64,000 nucleotides of DNA from Bacteroidia bacterium (GTDB taxonomy: Bacteria > Bacteroidota > Bacteroidia > DATLTG01), in NCBI GenBank assembly GCA_039924845.1, contig JBDTAC010000041.1, forward strand, positions 728 to 64,727. The letters run 5' to 3'. A model generated the notes under the pieces. That model saw only the letters and a list, made by a program, of their open reading frames with translations, was not told the origin of the DNA and did not search any database. Positions 55,666-64,000 of the stretch are shown here, in pieces. Position numbers and translations under genes: made by a program. The number at the start of each line of letters is the position of its first letter. The stretch's first letter is position 1.

Positions 55666-56925
55666 ATGAAGTTTTTGAAAGAAAAAAAAATTTTCACCCT
55701 CACTGCCGGAATTGCATTTGCTGGTTTTTTAGGCGCGCAAACAAGTAATCCGACTAATCTAAATAATGTTGGACAAGCTACCAGCGGACATAATATTAAT
55801 ACAGTTACTACGGCTGTTCCTTTTTTAATGATTGCACCTGATTCCAGGTCGGGCGCGATGGGAGACGCTGGGGTTGCTTCTTCTCCTGACGCTAATTCGC
55901 TACATTGGAATTGTTCTAAGTTAGCATTTGTTGATAAACAAATGGGTTTTTCTATTTCCTATACTCCTTGGTTGCGCGCCTTGGTGCCAGATATTAATTT
56001 AGCATACCTTGCTGGATATTATAAATTAAAAAATGATCAAACCATCTCTGCTTCATTACGCTATTTTTCTTTGGGGAGTATTACATTTACTGATATGGGA
56101 GGCAATGCTATCGGACAATACAATCCCAATGAATTTGCGCTTGATTTCGGGTATGCAAAAAAACTATCTGACAAATGGTCGGGAGGAATGGCAGTACGTT
56201 ATATTTATTCCAATTTAACGGCAGGACAAATTGTCTCAGGTGCTACTACGCATCCTGGTAGGTCTATTGCTGCGGACATCAATACCTTTTATCAAAATTC
56301 TGACATTACCATTGGTGGTAAAAAAAGCATTTGGAGAGCTGGATTAAATATTTCTAATATTGGCGAAAAAATGTCATACAGCAGCAGTACGATAACCGAT
56401 TTTATTCCTACTGATTTGCGTTTGGGTACTTCTATTACCATCAATACAGACGAATACAACAGTTTTTCTTTCATGGTGGATGCCAATAAACTATTAGTGC
56501 CGACACCGCCAGTATATTATCAAAATCATTCGGGTACAGATAGCGTCAACGCCGCTGGACAATATGTAATCCTCGCAGGAAAAGATCCAAACCAAAGTGT
56601 AGTAAGTGGCATGATCAGCTCTTTTTCGGATGCACCGGGTGGTTTATTAGAAGAATGGCATGAAATTGATTGGTCTATCGGAACAGAATATTGGTATGCG
56701 AAGCAATTTGCTATTCGTGCTGGCTATTTTTATGAAGATGCCACCAAAGGTGATCGGCAATATGTTACGCTTGGAGCCGGATTAAAATATCAAGTTTTTT
56801 CACTCGATTTGGCATATCTAATTCCAACGCAAATAAATAATCCTTTGGCGCATACGTTACGTTTTACCATGCTTTTTGATTTGGATGGATTTAAGGATCA
56901 GAATAAAAAAACCACGACAGATTAA
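55666..56925 (+). CDS. porV: T9SS outer-membrane shuttle/channel protein PorV (LptO)
   Basis: It has TAVPFLMIAPDSRSGAMGDAGVASSPD near the N-terminus and a beta-barrel of about 400 aa. It is syntenic with porU. Confidence 0.85.
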   Translation: MKFLKEKKIFTLTAGIAFAGFLGAQTSNPTNLNNVGQATSGHNINTVTTAVPFLMIAPDSRSGAMGDAGVASSPDANSLHWNCSKLAFVDKQMGFSISYTPWLRALVPDINLAYLAGYYKLKNDQTISASLRYFSLGSITFTDMGGNAIGQYNPNEFALDFGYAKKLSDKWSGGMAVRYIYSNLTAGQIVSGATTHPGRSIAADINTFYQNSDITIGGKKSIWRAGLNISNIGEKMSYSSSTITDFIPTDLRLGTSITINTDEYNSFSFMVDANKLLVPTPPVYYQNHSGTDSVNAAGQYVILAGKDPNQSVVSGMISSFSDAPGGLLEEWHEIDWSIGTEYWYAKQFAIRAGYFYEDATKGDRQYVTLGAGLKYQVFSLDLAYLIPTQINNPLAHTLRFTMLFDLDGFKDQNKKTTTD

Positions 56926-56935
56926 AAAGAGCCTT

Positions 56936-56952
56936 CAAAAAAATAATTTTTC
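56936..56952. repeat. A-tract/T-tract palindrome (CAAAAAAATAATTTTTC), representative copy
   Basis: It ends 3 nt before the ispF ATG. Confidence 0.9.
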
Positions 56953-56955
56953 GAG

Positions 56956-57435
56956 ATGAACATACGTATTGGATTTGGCTTTGATGTACATCCTTTAAAA
57001 GAAGGAATTGATTTTTGGTTAGGTGGAATTCAGCTTCAACATACAAAAGGCGCGGAAGGGCATTCAGATGCTGATGTATTGATTCATGCTATCTGCGATG
57101 CCTTACTTGGTGCAGCCAATCTCGGAGATATTGGTATTCATTTCCCGAATACTTCTTCCGAATTTAAAAATATTGATAGTAAAATTTTATTGAGAAGAGT
57201 AGCGGATTTAATAAAAAAGGAAGGCTACGAAATCGGGAATATTGATGCTACTGTTACGCTCGAACAACCTAAAATAAATCCATACATTCCTGAAATGAAA
57301 AAAGTGTTATCACATGTAATGGGAATTTCCGAAAATGATATTTCCATTAAAGCAACTACTAACGAACAGCTTGGTTATGTAGGTAAAGAAGAAGGCGTGA
57401 ACGCTTCTGCTGTTGTGCTGATTCAAAAATTATAG
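56956..57435 (+). CDS. ispF: 2-C-methyl-D-erythritol 2,4-cyclodiphosphate synthase
   Basis: It has GFGFDVH and GHSDADVLIHAICDALLGA motifs, at 159 aa. Confidence 0.95.
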   Translation: MNIRIGFGFDVHPLKEGIDFWLGGIQLQHTKGAEGHSDADVLIHAICDALLGAANLGDIGIHFPNTSSEFKNIDSKILLRRVADLIKKEGYEIGNIDATVTLEQPKINPYIPEMKKVLSHVMGISENDISIKATTNEQLGYVGKEEGVNASAVVLIQKL

Positions 57436-57661
57436 TTTTTTTTTGTTTTTTTGAAGTTTATACGAATGTATAATAAACCTATACTTCTTTTTAATTAGTG
57501 CTTTTTTAGATTACTTGCTTTTGCATCATCTAAAACATAGCCAAGCAACCTTTTTCAAGCGCATCTCTACCTTAAATTTCATTTTCCGTTTTTTACAAAT
57601 TATTTTGAATATTAAAAAAAAGATATATATTCGTCCTTGTATTTATTCAAAATATTTTTAG

Positions 57662-59413
57662 ATGAAAAAAACATTACTCATTGTCAGTATTCTTTTTTTG
57701 AGTGCATTTTTTGTAAGTGCCCAAGTTCCACAAGGAATTACTTATCAAGCAATCGCTCGTAATTCTGTAGGCGTTGAATTAGCAAGTACTGCTATTCAGG
57801 TAAAATTTACTATTCACACAGGCACTGCTGCCGGACCAATTGAATGGGAAGATACGCAAAGTACAACCACCAACCAATTTGGTTTATTTACACTTGTTAT
57901 AGGAAGTGGTACATCTACAACAGTAGGCTCTGCGACTACTTTTTCTGCTATTAACTGGGGGAGTGGAAATCATTTCCTCGAAGTATCTGTCAATATTGGC
58001 TCCGGCTATGTTTCTATGGGGACAACACAATTTATGTCTGTACCTTATGCTTTGTATGCAGCCAACGCACCACAAGGTCCGACTGGTCCAACAGGACCTA
58101 CTGGAGCGACGGGTGTAACAGGATCAACTGGAACTGCGGGTACGAATGGCGTAACGGGTGCTACTGGTCCAACAGGTGCAACTGGAACTGCAGGTACGAA
58201 TGGTGTAACGGGTGCTACTGGTTCAACAGGGGCGATTGGAACAAATGGTGTTACAGGACCTACGGGAGCAACTGGTTTTTTACAATCCGGCACTACAGGT
58301 TCTGTACCTTACTACAATGGCACTAATTGGGTTACAACCGCAACAAATATTTATGATTTAGGAAGCAATATTGGTATTGGAACCAATACTCCTAACAATT
58401 TTATTCAAGTACAAGGTTTAATTGATTTTGAAAACAATGGCTCTAACGTTAGCTTGGGCTTAAACACTCCCACAACAACGTCCTCAACAGGAAATTATTA
58501 TAATACTTTTGTTGGTTACAATGCAGGACAAAGCACTTCTGGCGCTGGTGGTGCTTCGGAAACATTTATTGGGTACAATGCCGGCAATGCAAATACAGTT
58601 GGCGGTAACAATGTTTTTATTGGTGCCAATTCAGGATCTTTAAATACAATCGGGGTACAAAATAGTTTCTTTGGCTCCACAGCTGGCAAAATAAATACAA
58701 CAGGATCTGGCAACACTGCAATTGGTTATAACGCCACTTTTTCTACAAACAATTTAACAAATGCTACCGCTATTGGAGCAAATGCCGTTGTCAGTGCCAA
58801 CAACGCCTTAGTACTTGGTTCTCCAGGAACCATGGTTGGTATTGGAACTAGCAACCCTAGTTATTCACTTGATATCGTAAATACTAGTTATAATTTATTG
58901 CACTTAAGCACAACTGGAGCCAACAGTAACGTTAATTTAGATTTCTCTCCAACGGGAGCTGGGATTGCACAATTTAGTGCAATTGGTTATGGATTTTCAT
59001 TTGTCACACAAGGATCAACTCCTGCTATTTTTGTGAACAGCAGCAACAATGTGGGTATTAATACAAACAGCCCTAATACTAATGCTGCCTTGGATGTAGA
59101 AGGGTTTACAAAAATGGGAAATAATGCAAATGCTCCAATTATCCAAATGGAAACATTAACTGGTACTACATCCGCTACAAGCGGAGGAACTGTAGCTATT
59201 CCTCATGGACTAACTTCTACTAAAATTTTGTCGGTTACTGTTTTGGTTCAATATTCACCTAACAATTTTATTCCTCCTGAATATAAACTCAGTACAAACT
59301 ACCAATACAATTTTTACATCAGCAATACAAATATCGTAGTTTGGTCATATACTGGGAATGACGCTAATATTTTAGGAAAACCACTTACAATATTGATAAC
59401 ATATTCAAATTGA
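57662..59413 (+). CDS. Secreted collagen-triple-helix-repeat fibre protein with a beta-helix-like repeat region and a globular C-terminus
   Basis: It has a signal peptide and about 20 uninterrupted G-X-T triplets ([16 protein letters not shown]...). These are followed by short Asn/Gly/Ala-rich repeats (IGYNAG, IGANS, AIGANA) like those of fibre or adhesin heads. Confidence 0.75.
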   Translation: MKKTLLIVSILFLSAFFVSAQVPQGITYQAIARNSVGVELASTAIQVKFTIHTGTAAGPIEWEDTQSTTTNQFGLFTLVIGSGTSTTVGSATTFSAINWGSGNHFLEVSVNIGSGYVSMGTTQFMSVPYALYAANAPQGPTGPTGPTGATGVTGSTGTAGTNGVTGATGPTGATGTAGTNGVTGATGSTGAIGTNGVTGPTGATGFLQSGTTGSVPYYNGTNWVTTATNIYDLGSNIGIGTNTPNNFIQVQGLIDFENNGSNVSLGLNTPTTTSSTGNYYNTFVGYNAGQSTSGAGGASETFIGYNAGNANTVGGNNVFIGANSGSLNTIGVQNSFFGSTAGKINTTGSGNTAIGYNATFSTNNLTNATAIGANAVVSANNALVLGSPGTMVGIGTSNPSYSLDIVNTSYNLLHLSTTGANSNVNLDFSPTGAGIAQFSAIGYGFSFVTQGSTPAIFVNSSNNVGINTNSPNTNAALDVEGFTKMGNNANAPIIQMETLTGTTSATSGGTVAIPHGLTSTKILSVTVLVQYSPNNFIPPEYKLSTNYQYNFYISNTNIVVWSYTGNDANILGKPLTILITYSN

Positions 59414-59432
59414 AAATATAGCCTCTTCTAAA

Positions 59433-60167
59433 ATGATAGTTCGAAAAAATATTTTTCTGATGCTGTTTATTTGCTTCGTTGTTTTTTCAGCGGATGCCCA
59501 GCAATTAACTCCTTTTTTAATTGGCAGTACTGGAAATTACAGTACTAATGGAACATTTAGTATTTCTTCTTCCGTTGGTGAGCCTATAACAACGAGCTTA
59601 TTTAATCCAAGTCTTATACTGACGCAAGGCTTTCAACAACCAACAATACTCACTGTTTTGCCTTTTGCTTTTTATGTGAGTGAAAACAATGAAACTTGTA
59701 TCAATGCCAATGATGGAAGTGCAACGGTACATGTTAGTGGAGGAAGACCTCCATTCACGTATTCTTGGTCGCCTATTTCAAGCAACAGCGATTCTGTGCA
59801 ATCGTTACCACCTGGAATATATTTTGTTACCGTTTCAGATTCAACCGGAGCTTCAAAAACAGATACTATCAACATACAAGAAAGTCAAGAAGCTTGTGCG
59901 ATTCACATCTATACAGGAATTACGCCTAACGGCGATGGACACAACGATTTTTGGCAAATTGATAACATTGAATTGCATCCCAACAACAAGGTAATTATTT
60001 TTAACCGTTGGGGCAGCGAAGTATGGAAAGCAAAAGGATACAACAATAATAATATCTCTTGGAAAGGGGAGAGTGAATTAGGAAAAGCATTGCCGGATGG
60101 TACTTATTTTTATGTATTTACCATAGATGATAAAACATATAAAGGTTGGGTACAATTAACGCGATAG
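59433..60167 (+). CDS. SprB-repeat protein with a T9SS type-B C-terminal domain
   Basis: It has CINANDGSATVHVSGGRPPFTYSWSP (SprB-type repeat) and the tail TPNGDGHNDFWQIDNI...IIFNRWGSEVW...DGTYFYVF. Confidence 0.75.
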   Translation: MIVRKNIFLMLFICFVVFSADAQQLTPFLIGSTGNYSTNGTFSISSSVGEPITTSLFNPSLILTQGFQQPTILTVLPFAFYVSENNETCINANDGSATVHVSGGRPPFTYSWSPISSNSDSVQSLPPGIYFVTVSDSTGASKTDTINIQESQEACAIHIYTGITPNGDGHNDFWQIDNIELHPNNKVIIFNRWGSEVWKAKGYNNNNISWKGESELGKALPDGTYFYVFTIDDKTYKGWVQLTR

Positions 60168-60225
60168 AAGGCTTCGAATAAACAAAAACGTATGATACGA
60201 AACAAATAAAGCTTATTAAAACAAA

Positions 60226-61143
60226 ATGAAAAAAATACTACTCTCCTTTTTTTGCTTGTTGTTTGGGTATGCTGCTTTTGCGCAACAAGATCCACAATAC
60301 AGCGAATATATGTTTGATCAATTAGCGATAAATCCTGCTTATGCTGGAAGTTGTGATGTATTGAGCGCCTCCTTGTTGGCTCGCAACCAATGGGTAGATA
60401 TTCCGGGTGCACCTAAAACAGGAAATCTTATTTTGCAAGGACCTCTTGCTGGAAAGAATGTAGGCTTGGGTTTGGAAATTAGTTCAGATAAAATTGGTCC
60501 AACTACCAACAATGCTATCAGCGGAAGCTACGCTTATCATTTAAAATTAGGACAAGGGAAATTAGCCCTGGGAATCCGTGCTGGAATTTACGATTATCAA
60601 ATCAACTGGAACGAAATTGATTATAAAGATAAAAATGATGTGTATAATTCGTACAGCCAAACTCAAAAAGTAATTCCTACTGCTGATGCAGGATTGTATT
60701 ATTATACTCAAACTTTTTATGCTGGGCTTAGCATTACGCATTTATTAGGAAGTCGGATGACAGATTACAATAATCCGATCAGTATGGATGCTTCTTTTAA
60801 GCCACACGCATATCTCAACTTCGGAAAAGGATTTCAGCTTTCGCAGAATGTGATATTAAATCCTTCCATTTTAATCAAAATGGCGCAAAATTCTCCAGGC
60901 ACATTTGATTTGAATCTGAATGTATTGTTGGATAATAAATTATGGTTGGGTGTTTCCGCAAGGGATAATTATGGACTTGTTCTTTTAGCTGCTTTTAACA
61001 TTACACCGCAATTTCGTTTAGGTTATTCATACGATGCTGGCTTTAATGCAATTGGAATGGCAGGCGGTGCCGCACACGAAATGTTATTGAATTATGATTT
61101 TAATACGCATCATTCCAAAAGCGTTTCCCCTAGATTTTTTTAA
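60226..61143 (+). CDS. T9SS membrane protein, PorP/SprF family
   Basis: A signal peptide is followed by QQDPQYSEYMFDQLAINPAYAG. It lies immediately downstream of a type-B CTD gene. Confidence 0.85.
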   Translation: MKKILLSFFCLLFGYAAFAQQDPQYSEYMFDQLAINPAYAGSCDVLSASLLARNQWVDIPGAPKTGNLILQGPLAGKNVGLGLEISSDKIGPTTNNAISGSYAYHLKLGQGKLALGIRAGIYDYQINWNEIDYKDKNDVYNSYSQTQKVIPTADAGLYYYTQTFYAGLSITHLLGSRMTDYNNPISMDASFKPHAYLNFGKGFQLSQNVILNPSILIKMAQNSPGTFDLNLNVLLDNKLWLGVSARDNYGLVLLAAFNITPQFRLGYSYDAGFNAIGMAGGAAHEMLLNYDFNTHHSKSVSPRFF

Positions 61144-61157
61144 GTTAGAATTCTTTT

Positions 61158-63848
61158 ATGAAAAAGAAACTTTTTTACATCACCTTTTCTTGCTTGCTTA
61201 TTGTTCATTGTGATACGTTCGCGCAAATGCGTAAAGCAACTTATTTGTACAACAATTCGGATTATGCGAAAGCTATTCCGTTTTATCTGAAAGCAACAAA
61301 ATCGAGTAAAAATAATCCGCAAGCATTGGAGAAATTAGCGGATTGTTACCGCTTAACAAACGATTACGCTAACGCCGAAACCTATTATTCGCAATTGATT
61401 ACAGCGGGGGATGTGCCTCAAGCCATTGATTATTACAATTACGCAACGATTCTCAAAAACAATGGAAAATACGATAAAGCCAAACAAGAAATCAATGCGT
61501 ATTTAAAATTAAATCCGAATGATAAAAATGCGAAATTGCAACTCGCGTCTTTCGATAAAGTAATAGAATGGCAAAACGATCCGCAAGAATATAAAATTAA
61601 AAACCTGATTGGCATAAATTCAAAAGTGGCTGAATTTTCTCCTGTTGTTTATAAAAATGAATTGATTTTTGTTTCGGAACGCAATCCTGATTTAGTGAAT
61701 TTCGAAGATTATGGTTGGACAAACGAACCGTATTTGAATATCTATGCCAGCGACATAAAACAGAAAAGTGATTCTGTTAGCTTCAGCAAAGCTCATTTAT
61801 TCTCCAATACTACCAATACCAGCGGACATGATGGACCAATTTCATTCACCTCTTCTGGCGATGAAATGTATTTTGCACGCGTAAATACAAAAGGAAAAAA
61901 AGACAAGAACTTTGTGAACCGATCGAAAATATATTTTTCTAAACGCTCCGGAAACTCTTGGGGAAAAGTAATGGCGTTTACTTATAACAGCGATACATAC
62001 TCCGTGTTTGATCCCTGTATTTCAGCAGATGGACAATCGCTTTATTTCGCTTCAGATATGTCGGGAGGTTTTGGAGGAACAGACATTTATATTTGTAAAA
62101 GAAATGGAGATACTTGGGGACAACCAGAAAATTTGGGCTCCGATATCAATACTTCTGGCAACGAAGTGTTTCCTTATCTGAGAACAGATGGCGTTTTATT
62201 TTTCGCTTCTGACGGTCAAGCCGGATTGGGCGGATTGGATATTTTTTCGGCTACGCAACAAAACGGCAAATGGAACAATGTAGAACATTTAGGCGCGCCT
62301 GTTAATTCTTCTGCCGATGATTTCGGGATTTACTTTACAGATACTAAAAATGGGTATTTCTCTTCCAACAGAGTAGGAGGAAAGGGAAGCGATGATATTT
62401 ATTCTTTCAAACAAACTACTAATTTCATTGCAGTATCCGGTAGGATTTTATTGAGCAAAAATGCAAACGATCCCGCAAAAAATGTGAAAGTAAATTTATT
62501 GACCGATCCTGGTGGGCAATTGTTAAAAAGCTCTACGACTGACAATGGCGGCAATTTTAAATTCAATCACCTCAATCCAAATAACAAATACATGGTGAAA
62601 ATGGATGGTGAGGATGCCGCACATCTCGGTAAGACAAAATATTTTTTGGCAGACGATAAGGGCAAATTAGTACGTGTAACGGTGGCGGACAATGCAGGAA
62701 ACAAATTTGTTTTTCGGGATTTACCTGCCGATGAGAATACTTTATCTCCTATGGATGAAGGGGATACAACACACTCCATTGCCGGAAATTTATTGGTCGG
62801 CGACAATCCTTCAATACCTTTAACCAATGCGAAAGTAAATTTGGTAAACGACAAAGGCGAAATCGTGCAAAGTACTACGACCAATGCCTTCGGATCCTTT
62901 GTATTTGCTAATTTACCTACCGATCAAAACTACATGGTAAAAGTAGACGAGAATGATCCTGCCCTTAACGGAAAAAAAATTATGATGACGGATCGTAATG
63001 GCAAAGAAATGGGTACTACCAATGCCGCCAACAATGGTACGTTTAGTTTCCGAATGCTTGCTTCCGACCAAAACACGCTTTCGCAGATGGATGTAAAAGA
63101 CGCGGATTTGCGTTGGGATATGAAAGGAAAGATTCTATCCGATAACAACAAAGCTTTGCCGAATATGAAAGTGAATTTGGTAGATGACAAAGGAAACGTG
63201 ATACAAACGACTACAACTGATGCCAACGGAGGATTTGATTTCAACGAATTGCCTACCGACCAAAACTATTTGGTAGCGATGGACGCCACCGATACACGCA
63301 TCAAGAAAGTAAAAAAACTCTATTTAACAGATGCGAGCGGAAAAGTAATCAAAGAAATTAATGTCGATAAAAGCGCCACTTTCTCCTTTCATTTATTACA
63401 AAGCGACAAAACCGAATTGGGAACTATTTATGTGAACGATCCTTGGTTGAAAGTCTTAAAAATGAAAAACGAGAAGAAATCAGCGAAGGAAGATAGCTTA
63501 CTCATCATTGAAAACATCTATTACGATTATGGTAAATGGGACATTTTAGCTGCCGGGCAAAAAACATTAGACAAAGTGGTGCAAGTAATGAAAAACGATC
63601 TGAGCATTTCCATCGAATTAAGTGCCTATACCGATCCGCGTGGAACTGCCGAATTTAACCAAACACTTTCCGACAAACGTGCCAAAACGGCTGTGGATTA
63701 TATTGTAGCACATGGCATCAGTTTTAAACGAATTTCAGGTAAAGGATATGGTAAAACAAAGCTTCTAAATGATTGTGGCACACAACCCTGTACAGAAGAA
63801 CAATATGCTATTAACCGACGAACAGAATTTAAAGTAATTCGGAAATAA
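61158..63848 (+). CDS. OmpA-family protein with TPR, PD40 repeats and several CarboxypepD_reg-like repeats
   Basis: It has the same N-terminal architecture as 12745-16656, four repeats of the form KVNLV.D.G..V.ST.T...G.F.F..LP.DQNY.V, and the OmpA-like end YTDPRGTAEFNQTLSDKRA...NRRTEFKV. Confidence 0.8.
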   Translation: MKKKLFYITFSCLLIVHCDTFAQMRKATYLYNNSDYAKAIPFYLKATKSSKNNPQALEKLADCYRLTNDYANAETYYSQLITAGDVPQAIDYYNYATILKNNGKYDKAKQEINAYLKLNPNDKNAKLQLASFDKVIEWQNDPQEYKIKNLIGINSKVAEFSPVVYKNELIFVSERNPDLVNFEDYGWTNEPYLNIYASDIKQKSDSVSFSKAHLFSNTTNTSGHDGPISFTSSGDEMYFARVNTKGKKDKNFVNRSKIYFSKRSGNSWGKVMAFTYNSDTYSVFDPCISADGQSLYFASDMSGGFGGTDIYICKRNGDTWGQPENLGSDINTSGNEVFPYLRTDGVLFFASDGQAGLGGLDIFSATQQNGKWNNVEHLGAPVNSSADDFGIYFTDTKNGYFSSNRVGGKGSDDIYSFKQTTNFIAVSGRILLSKNANDPAKNVKVNLLTDPGGQLLKSSTTDNGGNFKFNHLNPNNKYMVKMDGEDAAHLGKTKYFLADDKGKLVRVTVADNAGNKFVFRDLPADENTLSPMDEGDTTHSIAGNLLVGDNPSIPLTNAKVNLVNDKGEIVQSTTTNAFGSFVFANLPTDQNYMVKVDENDPALNGKKIMMTDRNGKEMGTTNAANNGTFSFRMLASDQNTLSQMDVKDADLRWDMKGKILSDNNKALPNMKVNLVDDKGNVIQTTTTDANGGFDFNELPTDQNYLVAMDATDTRIKKVKKLYLTDASGKVIKEINVDKSATFSFHLLQSDKTELGTIYVNDPWLKVLKMKNEKKSAKEDSLLIIENIYYDYGKWDILAAGQKTLDKVVQVMKNDLSISIELSAYTDPRGTAEFNQTLSDKRAKTAVDYIVAHGISFKRISGKGYGKTKLLNDCGTQPCTEEQYAINRRTEFKVIRK

Positions 63849-63895
63849 CATACCAATAAGACTTACCAATCCAATAGATTTATCCCACTTTCTAT

Positions 63896-63933
63896 TATAT
63901 AACTGATGAGAACTATTTCTTATCAGTTATATA
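63896..63933. other. 17-bp-stem hairpin downstream of the OmpA-family gene
   Basis: TATATAACTGATGAGAA pairs with TTCTTATCAGTTATATA (one G-T pair) around a 4-nt loop. No T-run follows, so it is not a canonical terminator. Confidence 0.6.
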
Positions 63934-64000
63934 AAGTTAAGTATCAATCTAAAATAGTTGGAAAGAAACAAAGGGCTGTTTAAAGCACTCTCTTCTCTAA

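Noticed and set aside
58045-58293. Minus-strand ORF (82 aa, PVAPVGPV repeats) opposite the collagen-like gene.
   Set aside because: It is an antisense shadow of the GGT-NNN-ACN triplet repeat. The plus-strand G-X-T reading is embedded in a long ORF that has a signal peptide.
2648-59459. A/T palindromes as Bacteroidota -7 promoter boxes (TAnnTTTG).
   Set aside because: Only copies with exactly five T before a G (for example 55616-55631) fit TAnnTTTG. Most have 6-7 T or end in C, and several abut the start codon and leave no room for a leader. A promoter function cannot explain the family as a whole.
1-64000. Mobile-element or prophage origin of the accessory regions; tRNA or rRNA genes.
   Set aside because: No ORF resembles a transposase, integrase, recombinase, or phage structural or replication protein. 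I saw no tRNA-like cloverleaf candidates or rRNA-like stretches in the intergenic regions I read.

Overview
AT-rich chromosomal segment (roughly one third G+C by eye) from a Bacteroidota bacterium with gliding motility and a type IX secretion system (T9SS). I found no rRNA, tRNA, CRISPR, transposase or integrase. Most of the window is housekeeping or envelope genes. These include serA (5' partial), a 2-oxoacid dehydrogenase E2, yggS, msrB, TerC, a TolC-RND-adaptor efflux operon, two TonB-dependent receptor loci (one with a hemin/siderophore-type ABC importer), three TPR/PD40/OmpA proteins, and the syntenic blocks ssb-gldE-gldD and murF-gldJ-porP/sprF-porU-porV-ispF. A collagen-like fibre gene is followed by a type-B-CTD gene, a PorP/SprF gene and an OmpA gene. 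The accessory part is at 1.1-8.1 kb: four minus-strand Rhs/YD core-end toxin ORFs, each followed by a putative immunity ORF. One toxin tip is a GH24 lysozyme and three are unrecognisable. The cassettes are separated by a conserved inter-cassette element, and no full-length rhs gene is visible. Three features are not explained by genes. (1) An A-tract/T-tract palindrome, about TTSAAAAA-(TA/TTA/TAA)-TTTTTSAA, occurs roughly 45 times. It often sits exactly on stop codons or abuts start codons, and inside genes it appears in all three reading frames. (2) A perfect 15 x 21-bp tandem array (7722-8036) is open in three frames that are all rich in His, Cys or Met, and it lies next to a metal-associated receptor locus. 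(3) A non-coding 13 x 21-nt in-register array of hairpin-like units lies at 35035-35307. All functional calls come from motifs read by eye and from synteny. No searches were run.
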